A DNA stretch of 24,000 nt, taken from an uncultured archaeon (GTDB lineage: Archaea > Asgardarchaeota > Lokiarchaeia > Sigyniarchaeales > SOKP01). The position numbers and the translations under genes are program-made. The stretch covers positions 22,546 to 46,545 of the forward strand of contig CAZGJX010000001.1 of the NCBI GenBank assembly GCA_964525635.1, in the 5' to 3' direction. Below, in pieces: positions 23,484 to 24,000 of the stretch. The notes beneath the pieces are model-generated. The model was not told the DNA's origin, ran no database searches, and was given only the letters and a program-made list of their open reading frames with translations. Position 1 is the stretch's first letter, and each line of letters opens with the position of its first letter.

Positions 23484-23501
23484 TGATTTAAGAATAAATC
23501 A
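23484..23501. repeat. Hairpin sharing the stem of the trx insert (TGATTTA-agaa-TAAATCA)
   Basis: A 7-bp perfect inverted repeat identical to the core of the insert's inner helix. The following ATTT also matches (TAAATCATTT in both). It lies in the trx/hdrC-like divergent intergenic region. Confidence 0.35.
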
Positions 23502-23692
23502 TTTAATTTCTATCAATTAAATTGATATTTCTTAAAATATTTTAATTGGTGATTAAACAGTATATTTAAGTTAATATCTATATTCTATTTTTATTTCTTA
23601 AATAAGGAAATAATTAGAATAAAATTTAAATTCTATGAAGAGAAATTTAAAATAATCTATAGTAGTTAAATAAATTAATAATATATTTTGTT

Positions 23693-24000
23693 ATGTTAAC
23701 AATAGATTTTGATTTTCGAAACCAAATCATTCAGTCTGATATTGGAAAAACATTGGTATATTGTTACCAATGTGCTACTTGTTCTGGAGCCTGTCCAGTA
23801 GCACAAGTAACTAATGGACGCTATAATCCAAGAAGACTAATTTTAACATCATTATTAGGTTTAAAAGAAAAGATATTTGGTGCTGAAAATTCTTTTGAGA
23901 TTTGGGGGTGTACAGTGTGTGATACATGCGATGAACTATGTCCACAAAAAGTTGAACTTACAGAAATATTTACAATACTTAAGAATATCAGCGTAGAGCG
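23693..24000 (+). CDS. HdrC-like 2x[4Fe-4S] ferredoxin-domain protein (heterodisulfide reductase subunit C family), N-terminal part
   Basis: Hand translation from the ATG at 23693 gives MLTIDFDFRNQIIQSDIGKTLVYCYQCATCSGACPVAQVTNGRYNPRRLILTSLLGLKEKIFGAENSFEIWGCTVCDTCDELCPQKVELTEIFTILKNISVE... It has two CxxCxxCxxxCP clusters with the HdrC-typical 'NPRR(l)i' spacer. It is open to the window edge. Confidence 0.6.
   Translation, partial: MLTIDFDFRNQIIQSDIGKTLVYCYQCATCSGACPVAQVTNGRYNPRRLILTSLLGLKEKIFGAENSFEIWGCTVCDTCDELCPQKVELTEIFTILKNISVE

Noticed and set aside
1-24000. CRISPR arrays, rRNA genes or long tandem repeats
   Set aside because: On visual scanning of both strands I saw no regularly spaced direct repeats of 24-40 nt and no rRNA-like GC-rich conserved blocks. 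The only GC-rich non-tRNA segment is the tnpB 3' island.

Overview
This is an extremely AT-rich archaeal chromosomal window; sampled non-IS lines run about 12-25% G+C. The gene content points to an Asgard (Loki-like) archaeon. It includes a ribophorin-I-like protein beside Sec61-beta, a Roadblock/LC7 protein, two V4R (Bet3/TRAPP-like) proteins, a type-2 MetAP with a Lys/Glu-rich N-terminal tail, and a Trm112-like protein carrying a large insertion. Most of the window is housekeeping or envelope-related. It starts with rlmE (partial), trm1 and a RadB-like ATPase. A long minus-strand cluster follows: DUF354, a GlcNAc-1-P-transferase-like GT4 family protein, an M48 protease, a UbiA prenyltransferase, a PHP phosphoesterase and DUF362. 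Further on are a GT-B glycosyltransferase, a MazG-like protein and the start of an HdrC-like gene. Two things stand out. (1) A thioredoxin gene at 22916-23301 (minus) is not in the ORF track because a 32-nt insert (23167-23198) interrupts it immediately after the WCGPC active site. That insert, together with its exon flanks, folds into a textbook helix-bulge-helix-bulge-helix (BHB) motif. Removing it at the canonical cleavage positions restores the frame exactly, so it is a candidate archaeal pre-mRNA intron. Related hairpins sit in both flanks of the gene. (2) An IS607-type element (about 12.18-14.52 kb) lies next to the 3' end of tRNA-Gln(UUG). It carries a MerR-HTH serine recombinase TnpA and a TnpB-family protein. 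The TnpB keeps the RuvC-I Asp and RuvC-II Glu but has no zinc finger and has His where the third RuvC Asp is expected. Its 3' end lies in a GC-rich island of about 240 nt with five stem-loops, which is a candidate omega RNA. I found no CRISPR array or rRNA.
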